Positions 8,499-17,262 are shown, counted from the first letter of the stretch. The stretch is DNA of 27,426 nt from Armatimonadia bacterium (GCA_039683575.1 JBDKRC010000212.1:1-27426); one strand, 5' to 3'. Notes: generated from the sequence alone by a model not told the origin. Translations and numbers: made by a program.

Positions 8499-9374
8499 TC
8501 ACACCTGAGCCAGGGCCTCGGTGATCGCTCGGACGTGAGCCGGGGTGGTTCCACAGCACCCACCGATGATGCGGGCTCCGACCTCGACCGCCTCGCGCGC
8601 AAGCTCGCTGGTCTCCACGGGCGTATCCGTGAAGCAGGCGACACCATTGATAAGCTGCGGCAGGCCCGCGTTGGCCTGGATCATCAGCGGCTTATCGCTG
8701 ATCCGCGCCATCTCCCGCAGTGCCTGGAGAGTCATCTGCGGCAGACCGCAGTTGGAGCCGATGATATCCGCGCCAAGCCGCACCATGGTCTCGGCGGCCT
8801 GATGCGGGGTCACGCCCATCATGCTGCGGCCACTGGCTTGCGAGAAGGAGAAGGTGATGGCAAGCGGGACTGAAAGCCCCGCCGCGCGAACTCCGGCCAC
8901 CGCAGCCTCCAGCTCGTCGAGCGCCTCGAAGGTCTCAAGCAGAACGAAGTCAGGCCCCTCAGCCAGCAGGACCTCGGCTTGACGGCGGTAGATGTCACTG
9001 ACTTCCTCAGTGGTAGCCGTGCCGAGAGGGCGCAGCATCAGGCCGGTGGGGCCGAAGTTAGCGGCAACATAAGCCTCGTCGCCGACGGCTTCCTTCACAA
9101 TCCTAAAGCCCGCGCGGTTGATCTCGTCGTGACGATCGCCGACACCGGCGTGGTCGAGCATGGGCTGGTTGGCCGCGAAGGTATTCGACTGGAAAACGCG
9201 AGCCCCGGCGTCGAAATACTCCGCGCAGATCTCGCGCACGACCTCCGGGCACTCCAGGTTGGCGATTGCCGTGTTATTGAGCTCCACGCCCTTGGCGGCG
9301 AGCATTGTGCCCATGGCGCCGTTGGCGATGAGAATCTGATCCGTGAGAGCCTGCAAGAAGGGCTTTTTGGTCAT
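8499..9374 (-). CDS. Homocysteine S-methyltransferase family protein (stand-alone MetH Hcy-binding domain)
   Basis: NGAMGTML, YFDAGA, NTFAAN, GPTG, LLETF, and Zn-ligand motifs GSNCG and GGCCGTTPAH; QANAGLP. GGAGG RBS. Confidence 0.9.
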   Translation of the reverse strand: MTKKPFLQALTDQILIANGAMGTMLAAKGVELNNTAIANLECPEVVREICAEYFDAGARVFQSNTFAANQPMLDHAGVGDRHDEINRAGFRIVKEAVGDEAYVAANFGPTGLMLRPLGTATTEEVSDIYRRQAEVLLAEGPDFVLLETFEALDELEAAVAGVRAAGLSVPLAITFSFSQASGRSMMGVTPHQAAETMVRLGADIIGSNCGLPQMTLQALREMARISDKPLMIQANAGLPQLINGVACFTDTPVETSELAREAVEVGARIIGGCCGTTPAHVRAITEALAQV

Positions 9375-9412
9375 GTTGGTTCCTCCAAATCCGTTGCGCC
9401 AGGTACCCGCCG

Positions 9413-9441
9413 ATAGTAGAGGGTTCGGGGGAGGTTGTCAA
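9413..9441 (-). promoter_or_regulatory. sigma70 promoter for the homocysteine methyltransferase gene
   Basis: Minus strand TTGACA-N17-TACTAT (perfect -35), about 40 nt upstream of the ATG. Confidence 0.7.
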
Positions 9442-9540
9442 TCGGGGTATCAGAGGGGGTGTGACCCCCCGCCCTACAGTCCGACGACACGGCTACCGAC
9501 AACAGCAGGTTACACCCATCAGAGGTCTAGGGATCAGGGA

Positions 9541-10557
9541 TCAGGCACCAGAGACGGCGGACTTTGCCGCTTCTATGACCGCGAGGAGGTTCTCGAGGGG
9601 GATATCCGCCTGGAGGGTGATACCTGGCTCGATGATATAGCCGCCACCGCGGCCGAGGCGCTGCGCGAGATGGTTGACTTCCGCGTGAATCTCGGCGGGC
9701 GTGGCGCAGGGCAGAAGCTGCTGGGTGTTGATACCGCCGCAGAACGTGAGGTCGCGGCCGAACTCGCGCTTGAGGCCGTACACGTCCATTGCCTCGGGTT
9801 GAATGGGGTGAAGAATGTCCAGTCCCAGTTCGATGAGGTCAGGGATGACCTCGGTGACGTGGCCGCACGTATGGAGCATCATGGCGCAGCCGTGTGCGCG
9901 CGCGGCAGCAAAGAGCCGCTCCAGAGGCGGCTTGATGAAGGTCCGCCACTGGCCCGGGCTCATCATCAGTGAACGCTGCAGGCCGTAGTCGTCGCTGAGG
10001 AACATCGCGTCAGGCTTGAAGCCGGCAAGGCGGTCGAGGGTCGCGATGTTGTAGGCGAGGATGCCGTCGAGCAGGTCGTGGACAAAGGCTGGGCGGTCGT
10101 GCAGCGCAAGCAGCAGCGTCGGCAAGCCACAGAGAAAGTGCGCCCGCTCCCACAGGTCGCCGACTACCGCCACGCGGTAGAGGTCCGGCCTGGCACTCGC
10201 GTTGAGCGCGGCGTGACGCCAGCGCCGTGGCTCCAGCGGGTCCGGGAACTGATACCCGGTCAGGTCCGCGTGGGCGAGGGGATGGGTGACCGGATAGCCG
10301 CGGTCGCGGTCAGAGGTAGCCCATACGACGCCCCATTGATCGGCTACCGTAGGCCCGTACTTCTCCGGCGAGGCGTAGAGTGGCTTGTCTGAGGTTCCGA
10401 AGAAGTGCAGATGCGAACCGACCCAGGCCTCGACGTCAGGGCAGCCCAGGTGGTCCTGCAGCTTGCGCAGGGCCGGAGGCGAGAACATGAAGTTGTACGG
10501 AACGTGCTCGGTTTCCTCGTGGCGGAGCGCGGCGCGTACCCGGTCGGCGGCAGTCAT
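9541..10557 (-). CDS. Uroporphyrinogen decarboxylase (UroD/MtaA-CmuA) family protein
   Basis: DQWGVVW, SDDYG, MMSPGQWR, MLHTCG, LHPIQPEAMD, FCGGINTQ, GGGYII, DIPLEN. Start set at ATG 10557 (MTAADRV). Confidence 0.85.
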   Translation of the reverse strand: MTAADRVRAALRHEETEHVPYNFMFSPPALRKLQDHLGCPDVEAWVGSHLHFFGTSDKPLYASPEKYGPTVADQWGVVWATSDRDRGYPVTHPLAHADLTGYQFPDPLEPRRWRHAALNASARPDLYRVAVVGDLWERAHFLCGLPTLLLALHDRPAFVHDLLDGILAYNIATLDRLAGFKPDAMFLSDDYGLQRSLMMSPGQWRTFIKPPLERLFAAARAHGCAMMLHTCGHVTEVIPDLIELGLDILHPIQPEAMDVYGLKREFGRDLTFCGGINTQQLLPCATPAEIHAEVNHLAQRLGRGGGYIIEPGITLQADIPLENLLAVIEAAKSAVSGA

Positions 10558-10606
10558 GGGATGATGATTGCGCGACAAGGTCCACTCAACCTGCCCCGGC
10601 ACCAAG

Positions 10607-10639
10607 AAAACGGGGACTGATCGCGTCGATCAGTCCCCG
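10607..10639 (-). terminator. Intrinsic terminator after the iclR/QueG-like operon
   Basis: 13-bp stem CGGGGACTGATCG / CGATCAGTCCCCG followed by TTTTCTT on the minus strand, about 20 nt after the stop at 10661. Confidence 0.75.
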
Positions 10640-10660
10640 CTAGCTGCTATAACCTCTTCC

Positions 10661-11683
10661 CTACCCCGCCGGCGGCGGGATCACCCACGCCTCACGCTTG
10701 CGGAACTCATTCTCGAACTGGCTCTCGATGATGCCCCGGCGCTCAAGCTCGATCATGCAGGCGCGGATGCAGCCCTTGGCGCCGCAGACGGCATAGTAGC
10801 CGGTAGTGGACAGCATCGTCTTGTAGTAGTCCACCAGGCGGCCCGAAGGGAACTCGGGGGTGGCGCGCCAGGTGCCGCCGGCTATTGTATAGGCCAGCTT
10901 GTAGGCTTCTTCCTCGCTGCATTCCTGGTTGGCGACGTTGAGACGCAGGCCAGGGCAGTCTTTGGCGAGGAAGGGAGACGCCTCGACGTTGAGCCCGTGA
11001 TGGGTCAGCGTACACTTGCCCATGTGGACGTCACCCCACTCGAAGGTCTGGTCCTCGATCTGAATCCGCACAACCTTCTTCTCTTTGGCGTGCGGGATGC
11101 AATGGCCCGGGCAGTCGCGCACGCAGGCCATGCAGCGGTTGCACAGGCTGGGCTTGAGCATCGGGTCCGGCTCGAGTTCGGCGTCGGTAACGATCATGCC
11201 GAGGCGCTGGCGAGGACCAAACTTCTTGGTCAGGAAGACCTTCGACCACCCGATTTCGCCGAGGCCGGCGGCTACGCCCGCAATGCGGATGGCGGGGTAG
11301 ATGTCGGGGCCGGGCTGGCCCTCATGCAGGGGGGCCTGGCGGGGCATGACTTCGGAAACGCCGGGGTAGATGGGGATGGCCTCGAAGCCGTGGTCCTCGA
11401 TGAAGCACGCGGTCTCGTAGGTGCCCTTGGGCCGGAAGAGGTTGTTGAGGCGGTTGTAAGCGTAGAAGGTGTAGTTGCTCCAGTGAGTGCCTTCCTCGAT
11501 GCCGCGGTAGGTGCCGCGGGGGATGCGGCGGAGGACCACTATCACTGACTTGGCGCCCTTCCAGATCAGGGCGGGGTTCATCTGGTCGGGCGCGCCCTCA
11601 AAGCGGGAGACGGGCGCGATGCCGACCATGTCCAGGCCGGTGGAAAGACCGAAGTCTTTGACCATCTGGGCGGTCAGTTTCAT
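10661..11683 (-). CDS. Epoxyqueuosine reductase (QueG)/reductive dehalogenase-like 4Fe-4S, putative cobalamin-binding protein (paralogue 2)
   Basis: DMVGIA, AKSVIV, AGVAAGLGEIG, LTKKFGPRQRL, TDAELEPD, CNRCMACVRDCP, distal KC...CGAKGCIRAC. ATGA overlap with the upstream gene. Confidence 0.8.
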   Translation of the reverse strand: MKLTAQMVKDFGLSTGLDMVGIAPVSRFEGAPDQMNPALIWKGAKSVIVVLRRIPRGTYRGIEEGTHWSNYTFYAYNRLNNLFRPKGTYETACFIEDHGFEAIPIYPGVSEVMPRQAPLHEGQPGPDIYPAIRIAGVAAGLGEIGWSKVFLTKKFGPRQRLGMIVTDAELEPDPMLKPSLCNRCMACVRDCPGHCIPHAKEKKVVRIQIEDQTFEWGDVHMGKCTLTHHGLNVEASPFLAKDCPGLRLNVANQECSEEEAYKLAYTIAGGTWRATPEFPSGRLVDYYKTMLSTTGYYAVCGAKGCIRACMIELERRGIIESQFENEFRKREAWVIPPPAG

Positions 11684-12624
11684 GACGCCACCTCGTCTTT
11701 GCTCTCGTCGCAGGCTGCGTCACAGGGCTTGCGGACGCAGGCTGTGACCACTTTCACCGGGCGGCCCAGTTCGTCGAGGGCCCAGGGCTCGCGCTGGCGG
11801 AACTCCGCCTCGAACTTGTTGCCGAGCTTGCCCGAGCGGTCGAGGAGGTGAACGCAGGTGCGCGTGCACAGAGCGCCGAGACGGTCAGGCTTGCCGGCGG
11901 GGTGGTAGCGGTTGCCGCTGGCTCCGTTGCGGCAGACCTTGCACTTGGAGTAATCAATGGCGCAGACGGTCATCTCTTTGCCTGCAATGTTGATGACCTC
12001 TTCTTGCGAAGGGTCGCCGGCGTTGAGGGGGCAGACGCTCACACACTGGCCGCAAAGGCCGCAGAGCTGCTTTTCGAGCAGCGGGTCCGCTTCAAGCGGG
12101 GCGTCGGTAAGGATGATCTGGAAGCGCTGGCGCGGGCCGAACTCGGGCGACAGGAAGATGCGGCAGTAACCTATCTCGCCCAGCCCGGCGGCGACGGCGG
12201 CGTAGTCGAAATCCGGGTAGACGTTCGGGGCAACCTGGCCTTCACGCACCGAAACGCCTTGCGGATGCGCCTCGGTGGGGAAGGGGAAGAGCGGGGTAGC
12301 TTCCCAGCCGTTGTCCTCGATGTAGCTGACCACGTCGAAGGTGGTCATGGCGACGAACTCGCCGTCCAGCCAACTGTGGCCGAACATCTCATACGAGCCG
12401 AGATTGGTGCCCTCTTCCATGGCGCGGAGGGTGCCGCGGGTGATGCGGCGCCCGATCACTATGATGCTCTTGGCGGCGGGGAAGATGGAGAGGGGGCTGC
12501 GGTCGGCTGGGACGTCGGCGAACCTGTCGGCGGAGGCGATGCCGACGAGGTCTGCGCCGACCTGTCGCGCGTACTCTTTGACCTGCTCTGCAGTCAACAT
12601 GATGCTGGCACTCCTTGGGCTCAT
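11680..12624 (-). CDS. Epoxyqueuosine reductase (QueG)/reductive dehalogenase-like 4Fe-4S, putative cobalamin-binding protein (paralogue 1)
   Basis: GADLVGIA, AKSIIV, AAVAAGLGEIG, LSPEFGPRQRF, TDAPLEAD, CGLCGQCVSVCP, KCKVC...CTRTC. Start is either 12624 (ATGA overlap with iclR) or 12600 (AAGGAG RBS, MLTAEQV). Confidence 0.8.
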   Translation of the reverse strand: MSPRSASIMLTAEQVKEYARQVGADLVGIASADRFADVPADRSPLSIFPAAKSIIVIGRRITRGTLRAMEEGTNLGSYEMFGHSWLDGEFVAMTTFDVVSYIEDNGWEATPLFPFPTEAHPQGVSVREGQVAPNVYPDFDYAAVAAGLGEIGYCRIFLSPEFGPRQRFQIILTDAPLEADPLLEKQLCGLCGQCVSVCPLNAGDPSQEEVINIAGKEMTVCAIDYSKCKVCRNGASGNRYHPAGKPDRLGALCTRTCVHLLDRSGKLGNKFEAEFRQREPWALDELGRPVKVVTACVRKPCDAACDESKDEVAS

Positions 12625-13376
12625 TTGCCCCTCCGGCGGCTTTGGAGGGTCTGTTCGATGGTTGTAGCAGCCTCTTTGAGGCGCTTTAGGGCATGATCTC
12701 GGTGACGGCCGGTGAAACGGTAGGCGGGGGCGTACAGACCGAGCGCAGCGACTACCTTGCCATCCTCGCGCACGGGATACGAAGCCCGCGCCACGCCCTG
12801 CGGCGTCACATCCACATACCTGTCGGCCGCGCTGATGTTGGCCAGAAGCTGCCGCAGCTTCTCCTCATTCCTCGCCTCAGGCCACTCTGGGTCTGGCAGC
12901 GGCTTGCGCAGCAGGAACGCCCGCAGCTCCTGCTCCCCGAGGTATGACAGCAGCAGGCGGCCGTTGGCAGTGCGGTAGATGGCCTCGGCAATGATCAGGT
13001 CTGGACGAATCGTCAGAACCTGATCGCCCTGGGCCTCGTACAGCATGAAGAGCTGATCCCGGTGGAGATGAGCGAGCACGAAGCTCTCGCGCAGCTCGGT
13101 GGCGAGATCGTTCAGCACCGGCTTGGCCGCGGCGACAAGATCAGGGGCGTAAGGTCCGTGGCGGACGAGGTAGTGGGCCATCGGCCCGAGGCGATAGCCC
13201 TGCCTGGGGCCGACCTGCTCGACATACCCGCGGGTGAGGAGGGTCTTGAGGATGCTCGTGACCGTTGAACGGTTGAGGTCGAACTGCTCGGCGAGCGTAG
13301 TCGCCGTGGCGGCCTCGTCGGGGTGGTCAGAGAGGTATTCGAGGATGTCTGCGGCGCGTTCGATGGATTGGATCAT
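12621..13376 (-). CDS. IclR family transcriptional regulator
   Basis: N-terminal MIQSIERAADILEYL, HTH (LNRSTVTSILKTL...GYV...YRLG), effector domain YRTANGRLLLSY...YPV...VVAALGL. Confidence 0.9.
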   Translation of the reverse strand: MIQSIERAADILEYLSDHPDEAATATTLAEQFDLNRSTVTSILKTLLTRGYVEQVGPRQGYRLGPMAHYLVRHGPYAPDLVAAAKPVLNDLATELRESFVLAHLHRDQLFMLYEAQGDQVLTIRPDLIIAEAIYRTANGRLLLSYLGEQELRAFLLRKPLPDPEWPEARNEEKLRQLLANISAADRYVDVTPQGVARASYPVREDGKVVAALGLYAPAYRFTGRHRDHALKRLKEAATTIEQTLQSRRRGK

Positions 13377-13378
13377 GA

Positions 13379-13447
13379 TTGCGATATTGTCGCAGTCTTG
13401 TTGACTATTCTGTCATTGAGAATATACCGGGGCTTAAGGCATGTCAA
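13379..13447 (-). promoter_or_regulatory. iclR promoter with candidate operator palindromes
   Basis: Minus strand TTGACA(13447-13442)-N17-TATTCT(13424-13419). Palindrome TATTCT-N7-AGAATA (13406-13424) overlaps the -10. A second palindrome TGCGA-N5-TCGCA (13380-13394) lies just upstream of the ATG. Confidence 0.6.
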
Positions 13448-13554
13448 GAGGAAGTTGAGAGACTTTGAGGATGTTTCGCGACAGCAGGAGGTGAGGGCCC
13501 CCGGGAGGAATACTCCGCTGTCGAACCCGCGGCCAAGCACAAACAGGCAGGTGG

Positions 13555-14373
13555 ATGATGGCTAAGCTGGCGGTTGCGCAGACGGTCTGTGTGCCGGGGG
13601 ATGTGGCAGCCAACACCGCTCAGGCGGTGGACCTCATTGAGCTTGCGGCAGCCGCCGGCGCGGAACTGATTTGCTTGCCTGAATGTCTTAATACCGGTTT
13701 GGATGCGGCCAATCTGCCGAAGTTGGCAGAAGAGGTACCGGGACCTTTCTCGGAGGCAATAGGGCAGGCGGCAAAGCAGGCCGGCTGCCTTGTGGTGTGT
13801 GGAATGGCCGAGCGCGAGGGGGACGCCATCTACAACGCGGCCGTGGTCACGGGGCCGGACGGCAAGCTCCTGGCCAAGTACCGCAAGTGTTACCTCTACT
13901 TGCAGGAAGCGGAGACCTTCAGCCGCGGAGACCGCGCCTGCGTCGTAGACTTCGGGTTCGCGACCGGCGGAGTCGCAATCTGCTACGACTATGTCTTTCC
14001 CGAATACATCCGTGACCTGGTTCTCCGTGGGGCGCGGCTCCTGGTACACCCGACGGCATGGGTGGATACCCCGGATTGCCGCGAGTGGCATTACCCAGCA
14101 GCGGAGGCCTACCGGGCTCAGTGCCAGGTCCGGGCGCTGGAAAATGGTATCTTTGTGATGTCCGCAAATCACTCCGGTGCCTATGACACCGGAGGATATC
14201 TGCAAGCAGTGGGGCGGTCGGCGATTATCGCGCCATGGGGCGAGGTGCTGGCGGAGGTGCCGGAGGGCAAGGGGGTGGCCGTGGCGGAGGTTGACTTCGC
14301 GAAGGCCAGTAAGTGGGCGGAGACGGCGGCGCCGTACCTGCGGGACTTCAGGGAAGTCCCCAGGCCCCTTTGA
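13555..14373 (+). CDS. Carbon-nitrogen hydrolase (nitrilase/amidase superfamily)
   Basis: Catalytic triad contexts LPE, YRK, ICYD; also YNAAVV, RALENG, GRSAIIAPWGEVL. Confidence 0.9.
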   Translation: MMAKLAVAQTVCVPGDVAANTAQAVDLIELAAAAGAELICLPECLNTGLDAANLPKLAEEVPGPFSEAIGQAAKQAGCLVVCGMAEREGDAIYNAAVVTGPDGKLLAKYRKCYLYLQEAETFSRGDRACVVDFGFATGGVAICYDYVFPEYIRDLVLRGARLLVHPTAWVDTPDCREWHYPAAEAYRAQCQVRALENGIFVMSANHSGAYDTGGYLQAVGRSAIIAPWGEVLAEVPEGKGVAVAEVDFAKASKWAETAAPYLRDFREVPRPL

Positions 14374-14433
14374 GATAACGATTGCGATGAGGTCAGCGCA
14401 TGGGGTTGTCGGCGGTAAGGACTGCAGTGCGCA

Positions 14434-14459
14434 GGGCCGAGTGAGTCTCGGCCCCTTTC
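14434..14459 (+). terminator. Possible weak terminator or hairpin after the hydrolase gene
   Basis: GGGCCGAG-TGAGT-CTCGGCCC followed by CTTTC (poor U tract). Confidence 0.3.
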
Positions 14460-14483
14460 ACAGTGAAGGACAGGACAACCACC

Positions 14484-15305
14484 ATGCGAACACTGCCAAT
14501 GACTGAGATCGGCGGGCGCCCCTTTTCCCGCGTGCTTTGCGGCTCCAACATGTTCTTTGGGCACTCGCATTTCTCCGCAGCCCGCAGCAACTGGCTGCGC
14601 AAGTATTTCTCCGTTGACAGAATCGTCGAAGTCATGTGCGCCGCCGCCGAAGAGGGCGTCAACGGCACCATCTCGATGCCGCTGGAGGACATGGCCGAGG
14701 CCATCCGGCGGGTCAAGAAGCTGACCGGCGTAGACTACCAGTGGATCGCCACCCCCGGCGCAACCAACCTCCAGGAACTCATGGAGGGCATCAAGTACTC
14801 CGCCGAGGTCGGCGCCGCGATCTGCATGCCCCATGTCATGTATACGGACAACCACCTCGTCATCGGTGAGAAGAAGATCATCGGCGCCGAGGAGATCTTC
14901 GCCTACACCCGCGAGCTGGGCATGGGCACCGGCTGGTCCACCCACCGCCCCGAGACCATCGTAGTCAGCGACGCCGCCGGGTACGACTGCGACACCTACG
15001 TGCAGCCCTTCAACTCCAACGGCTTCCTCTGCAGCGTGGAGACCGACTGGGTTGGCCACGTCATCCGCAACGCCAAAAACCCGGTAGTCTGCATCAAGCC
15101 ACTCGCCGCCGGGCGAATCATGCCGCCGACGGGCCTGCAGTTCGTCTACCACAACTGCAAGCCCAACGACACGGTAGCCATCGGCTTCCTCTCGCCCGAC
15201 GAGGTAGAGGAGGACATTAAGATCGTGCGGTGGCTGCTGGAGGGGAGCCAGGAGGAAGTGGCACTGCAGGAGACGCGCAGCAAGGCGGGGCTGAAGGCCG
15301 GATAA
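14484..15305 (+). CDS. Uncharacterised aldo/keto reductase-like TIM-barrel protein
   Basis: LPMTEIGG..FSRVLCGSNMFFGHSH N-terminus, GWSTHRPE, YVQPFN, CIKPLAAGR, VAIGF..PDEVEED. Strongly GC3-biased codons. Start ATG 14484. Confidence 0.65.
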   Translation: MRTLPMTEIGGRPFSRVLCGSNMFFGHSHFSAARSNWLRKYFSVDRIVEVMCAAAEEGVNGTISMPLEDMAEAIRRVKKLTGVDYQWIATPGATNLQELMEGIKYSAEVGAAICMPHVMYTDNHLVIGEKKIIGAEEIFAYTRELGMGTGWSTHRPETIVVSDAAGYDCDTYVQPFNSNGFLCSVETDWVGHVIRNAKNPVVCIKPLAAGRIMPPTGLQFVYHNCKPNDTVAIGFLSPDEVEEDIKIVRWLLEGSQEEVALQETRSKAGLKAG

Positions 15306-15346
15306 CGGCGAAAACAGAATGACCGAAACACAGAAAACAGTAAGAG

Positions 15347-15380
15347 AAAGGCCCGGCAGGTTAGCTGCCGGGCCTTTTTT
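15347..15380. terminator. Bidirectional intrinsic terminator between convergent genes
   Basis: AAAGGCCCGGCAG-GTTAG-CTGCCGGGCCTTTTTT, with A and T tracts on both sides. Confidence 0.85.
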
Positions 15381-15384
15381 GCTG

Positions 15385-16773
15385 TTAGATCGTATCCACC
15401 CGTAGCCCCAGCAGCCGCGCGCATTTGCTGATGCGGCTCGTCTGGTCGCCCGGCGACACCGCCACATGATGCGAACCGCCCAGTTCCAGATACCGCGTCA
15501 GGAACTGCTTGAGCGGCACTTGTGGCCGCAGCAGGAAGTGCGGTGTGTCCTGGTTCGGTACCAGGAAGTCCTTGGCCTCGCCCTGGGTGAGGATCAGGTG
15601 TAGCTCTCCCCCACTCCCCACCGTGAGATTGGCTATCGTGATCGGTCCCGGCTCAAAGGTGAAGGCCAGCGACGCGGACACCCCGCCACTGCCGACCCAC
15701 CCGTCCCGGCGGACCATCTGGATTGGCTGGCCCCGCTTGGCCATGAGCGGGTTGCCCTCGGCGAAGTGCGACATGAAGACATTCCCGCCCGCCAGGTCCA
15801 TGGTGAACATCTCGCTGAAGGTCGCAATGCCGCACAGGTGGTGCAGCATGAGCACTGCCGCGGCTGACGTCACGTCCCCTTCCCCGCCAAACCCGATCCC
15901 CTCGGCGATGAGCCGCGCCGCCGCCGCCATTGGCAGAGCCTTGAAGCGCGGGTCCTGCCCGAGAACCTCATAGTGAACGGAGAAGCCGTTAAGGTTGAGT
16001 TCCGTGATGGCGCGGCGGATAGACCATTCAGCGCGGGCGGACGCCTCCAGCTCTTCGGCGCTCAGGGCGGGATCAACGACGTACTTCTCGCGATAGTCCG
16101 CCACTATGGCCGCGACCTCGTCAGCAGGGGCGGCCTGCTGCCCCTCGGCCAGCAGGTCGAGCGGCATCTGCCGGATGTGCGGCCCGACCTGCGTCAGGAA
16201 AGCGGTCTCATCGAGCCCGAAGTCCCCCATGTCCTGGAAGTTCCAGCCAACGCGGCCAATCTCGGCCCGGCGGAGCTTCTGGGCAGTGGCGGCGGCGATG
16301 GCCCAGTCCTCAAGCTCAGCGAGGGCCGCCGGGTCTTCCCAGTACCCGGTGACGACGCCAAACGGCTTGCCGGCGCGCAGAAGCGTATTGGCGAGGTCCT
16401 GCTGCCCATGCATCCCATGGTTATTCAGCATGTCGTCGGGCGTGAAGGTCTCGTCAATCCCGGCCAGTTGCTGGGTGTTGAAGAGCACCACAGGGAGATC
16501 AACGCGAGTGAGAGCCGGCAGCGCAATCAGGCTGGGCGAGTAGGAGAAGTGGACCACAACAATCAGGTCCACGTCATCAGCGATAAACCCCTCCATGCGA
16601 CGCCGGACTTCCTCCCGCGTGACCGCAATACCGCCCCAGGTGACGTGGGCGAAGGCGGAGAGCTTCTGAGCGAGGCGGCTGCCAAACTCCTGCTCAGCGG
16701 GCTTGAGGTCGGGCACGGCGCGGTCGTACAGCTCGAGCATGAGGCCGAGAAGGCCGATACGTGGTTGGTTCAT
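15385..16773 (-). CDS. L-arabinose isomerase-like sugar isomerase (AraA/FucI family)
   Basis: SYSPS, NHGMHGQQD, GFGGEGD, FSEM, MSHFAEGN, GGSHH (AraA-type Glu/Glu/His/His metal ligands). Start ATG 16773. Confidence 0.8.
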   Translation of the reverse strand: MNQPRIGLLGLMLELYDRAVPDLKPAEQEFGSRLAQKLSAFAHVTWGGIAVTREEVRRRMEGFIADDVDLIVVVHFSYSPSLIALPALTRVDLPVVLFNTQQLAGIDETFTPDDMLNNHGMHGQQDLANTLLRAGKPFGVVTGYWEDPAALAELEDWAIAAATAQKLRRAEIGRVGWNFQDMGDFGLDETAFLTQVGPHIRQMPLDLLAEGQQAAPADEVAAIVADYREKYVVDPALSAEELEASARAEWSIRRAITELNLNGFSVHYEVLGQDPRFKALPMAAAARLIAEGIGFGGEGDVTSAAAVLMLHHLCGIATFSEMFTMDLAGGNVFMSHFAEGNPLMAKRGQPIQMVRRDGWVGSGGVSASLAFTFEPGPITIANLTVGSGGELHLILTQGEAKDFLVPNQDTPHFLLRPQVPLKQFLTRYLELGGSHHVAVSPGDQTSRISKCARLLGLRVDTI

Positions 16774-16878
16774 GGCTGGGAGGTTCGAGAGAGCAGGGGG
16801 AGGTTCCTTCTCTATAAGAAGGCGAAGGGTTAGCCGAGGCGGCCGGCCCTTCTGACTTGGGGACACGCAATCGACAGT

Positions 16879-17262
16879 CTACATTTCTCTCCGCCGATGC
16901 CAGAGGCCCCTGTCGAAAGCCTCCAGTTCATCCGCAATTCGCTCCAACTCCTCCTCATCTGCCGCCGCGGCGGCCAGTCGCCGCTGGAAATATGTTACGA
17001 TTACCGATCCTATCCATGTCCCTACGGCGATGACCAACGACAGGAGCCCGACAATTGCCACGGTCGTTATTATGAAGGGCAGATGGGATTCATCGGGCGG
17101 TTCCTGTCCCTTCACTCTATCAACGAGATGACAAAACGCCGATAGGGTCTCACCGTGGACGACCAGGCGGGAGAGTCCCAGGATCAGCACAAGGTCAAGA
17201 ACCGCAGGCATCAACGCCGGCTGCTCCCTGCAGATTCTAAGGGCGAATTTCAGATCGTGCAA
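16879..17262 (-). CDS. Small membrane protein (1-2 TM) with acidic C-terminal helix
   Basis: TTG start with AAGGGGGG upstream, overlapping the previous ORF by 26 nt. Hydrophobic segments AVLDLVLILGLSRLVV and LPFIITTVAIVGLLSLVIAVGTWIGSVIVTYF. Confidence 0.55.
   Translation of the reverse strand: MHDLKFALRICREQPALMPAVLDLVLILGLSRLVVHGETLSAFCHLVDRVKGQEPPDESHLPFIITTVAIVGLLSLVIAVGTWIGSVIVTYFQRRLAAAAADEEELERIADELEAFDRGLWHRRREM

Noticed and set aside
10661-12624. Respiratory reductive dehalogenase (rdhAB) or housekeeping queG
   Set aside because: No twin-arginine signal, no rdhB, non-canonical second cluster motifs, and an IclR-linked tandem arrangement; only superfamily membership is supported.
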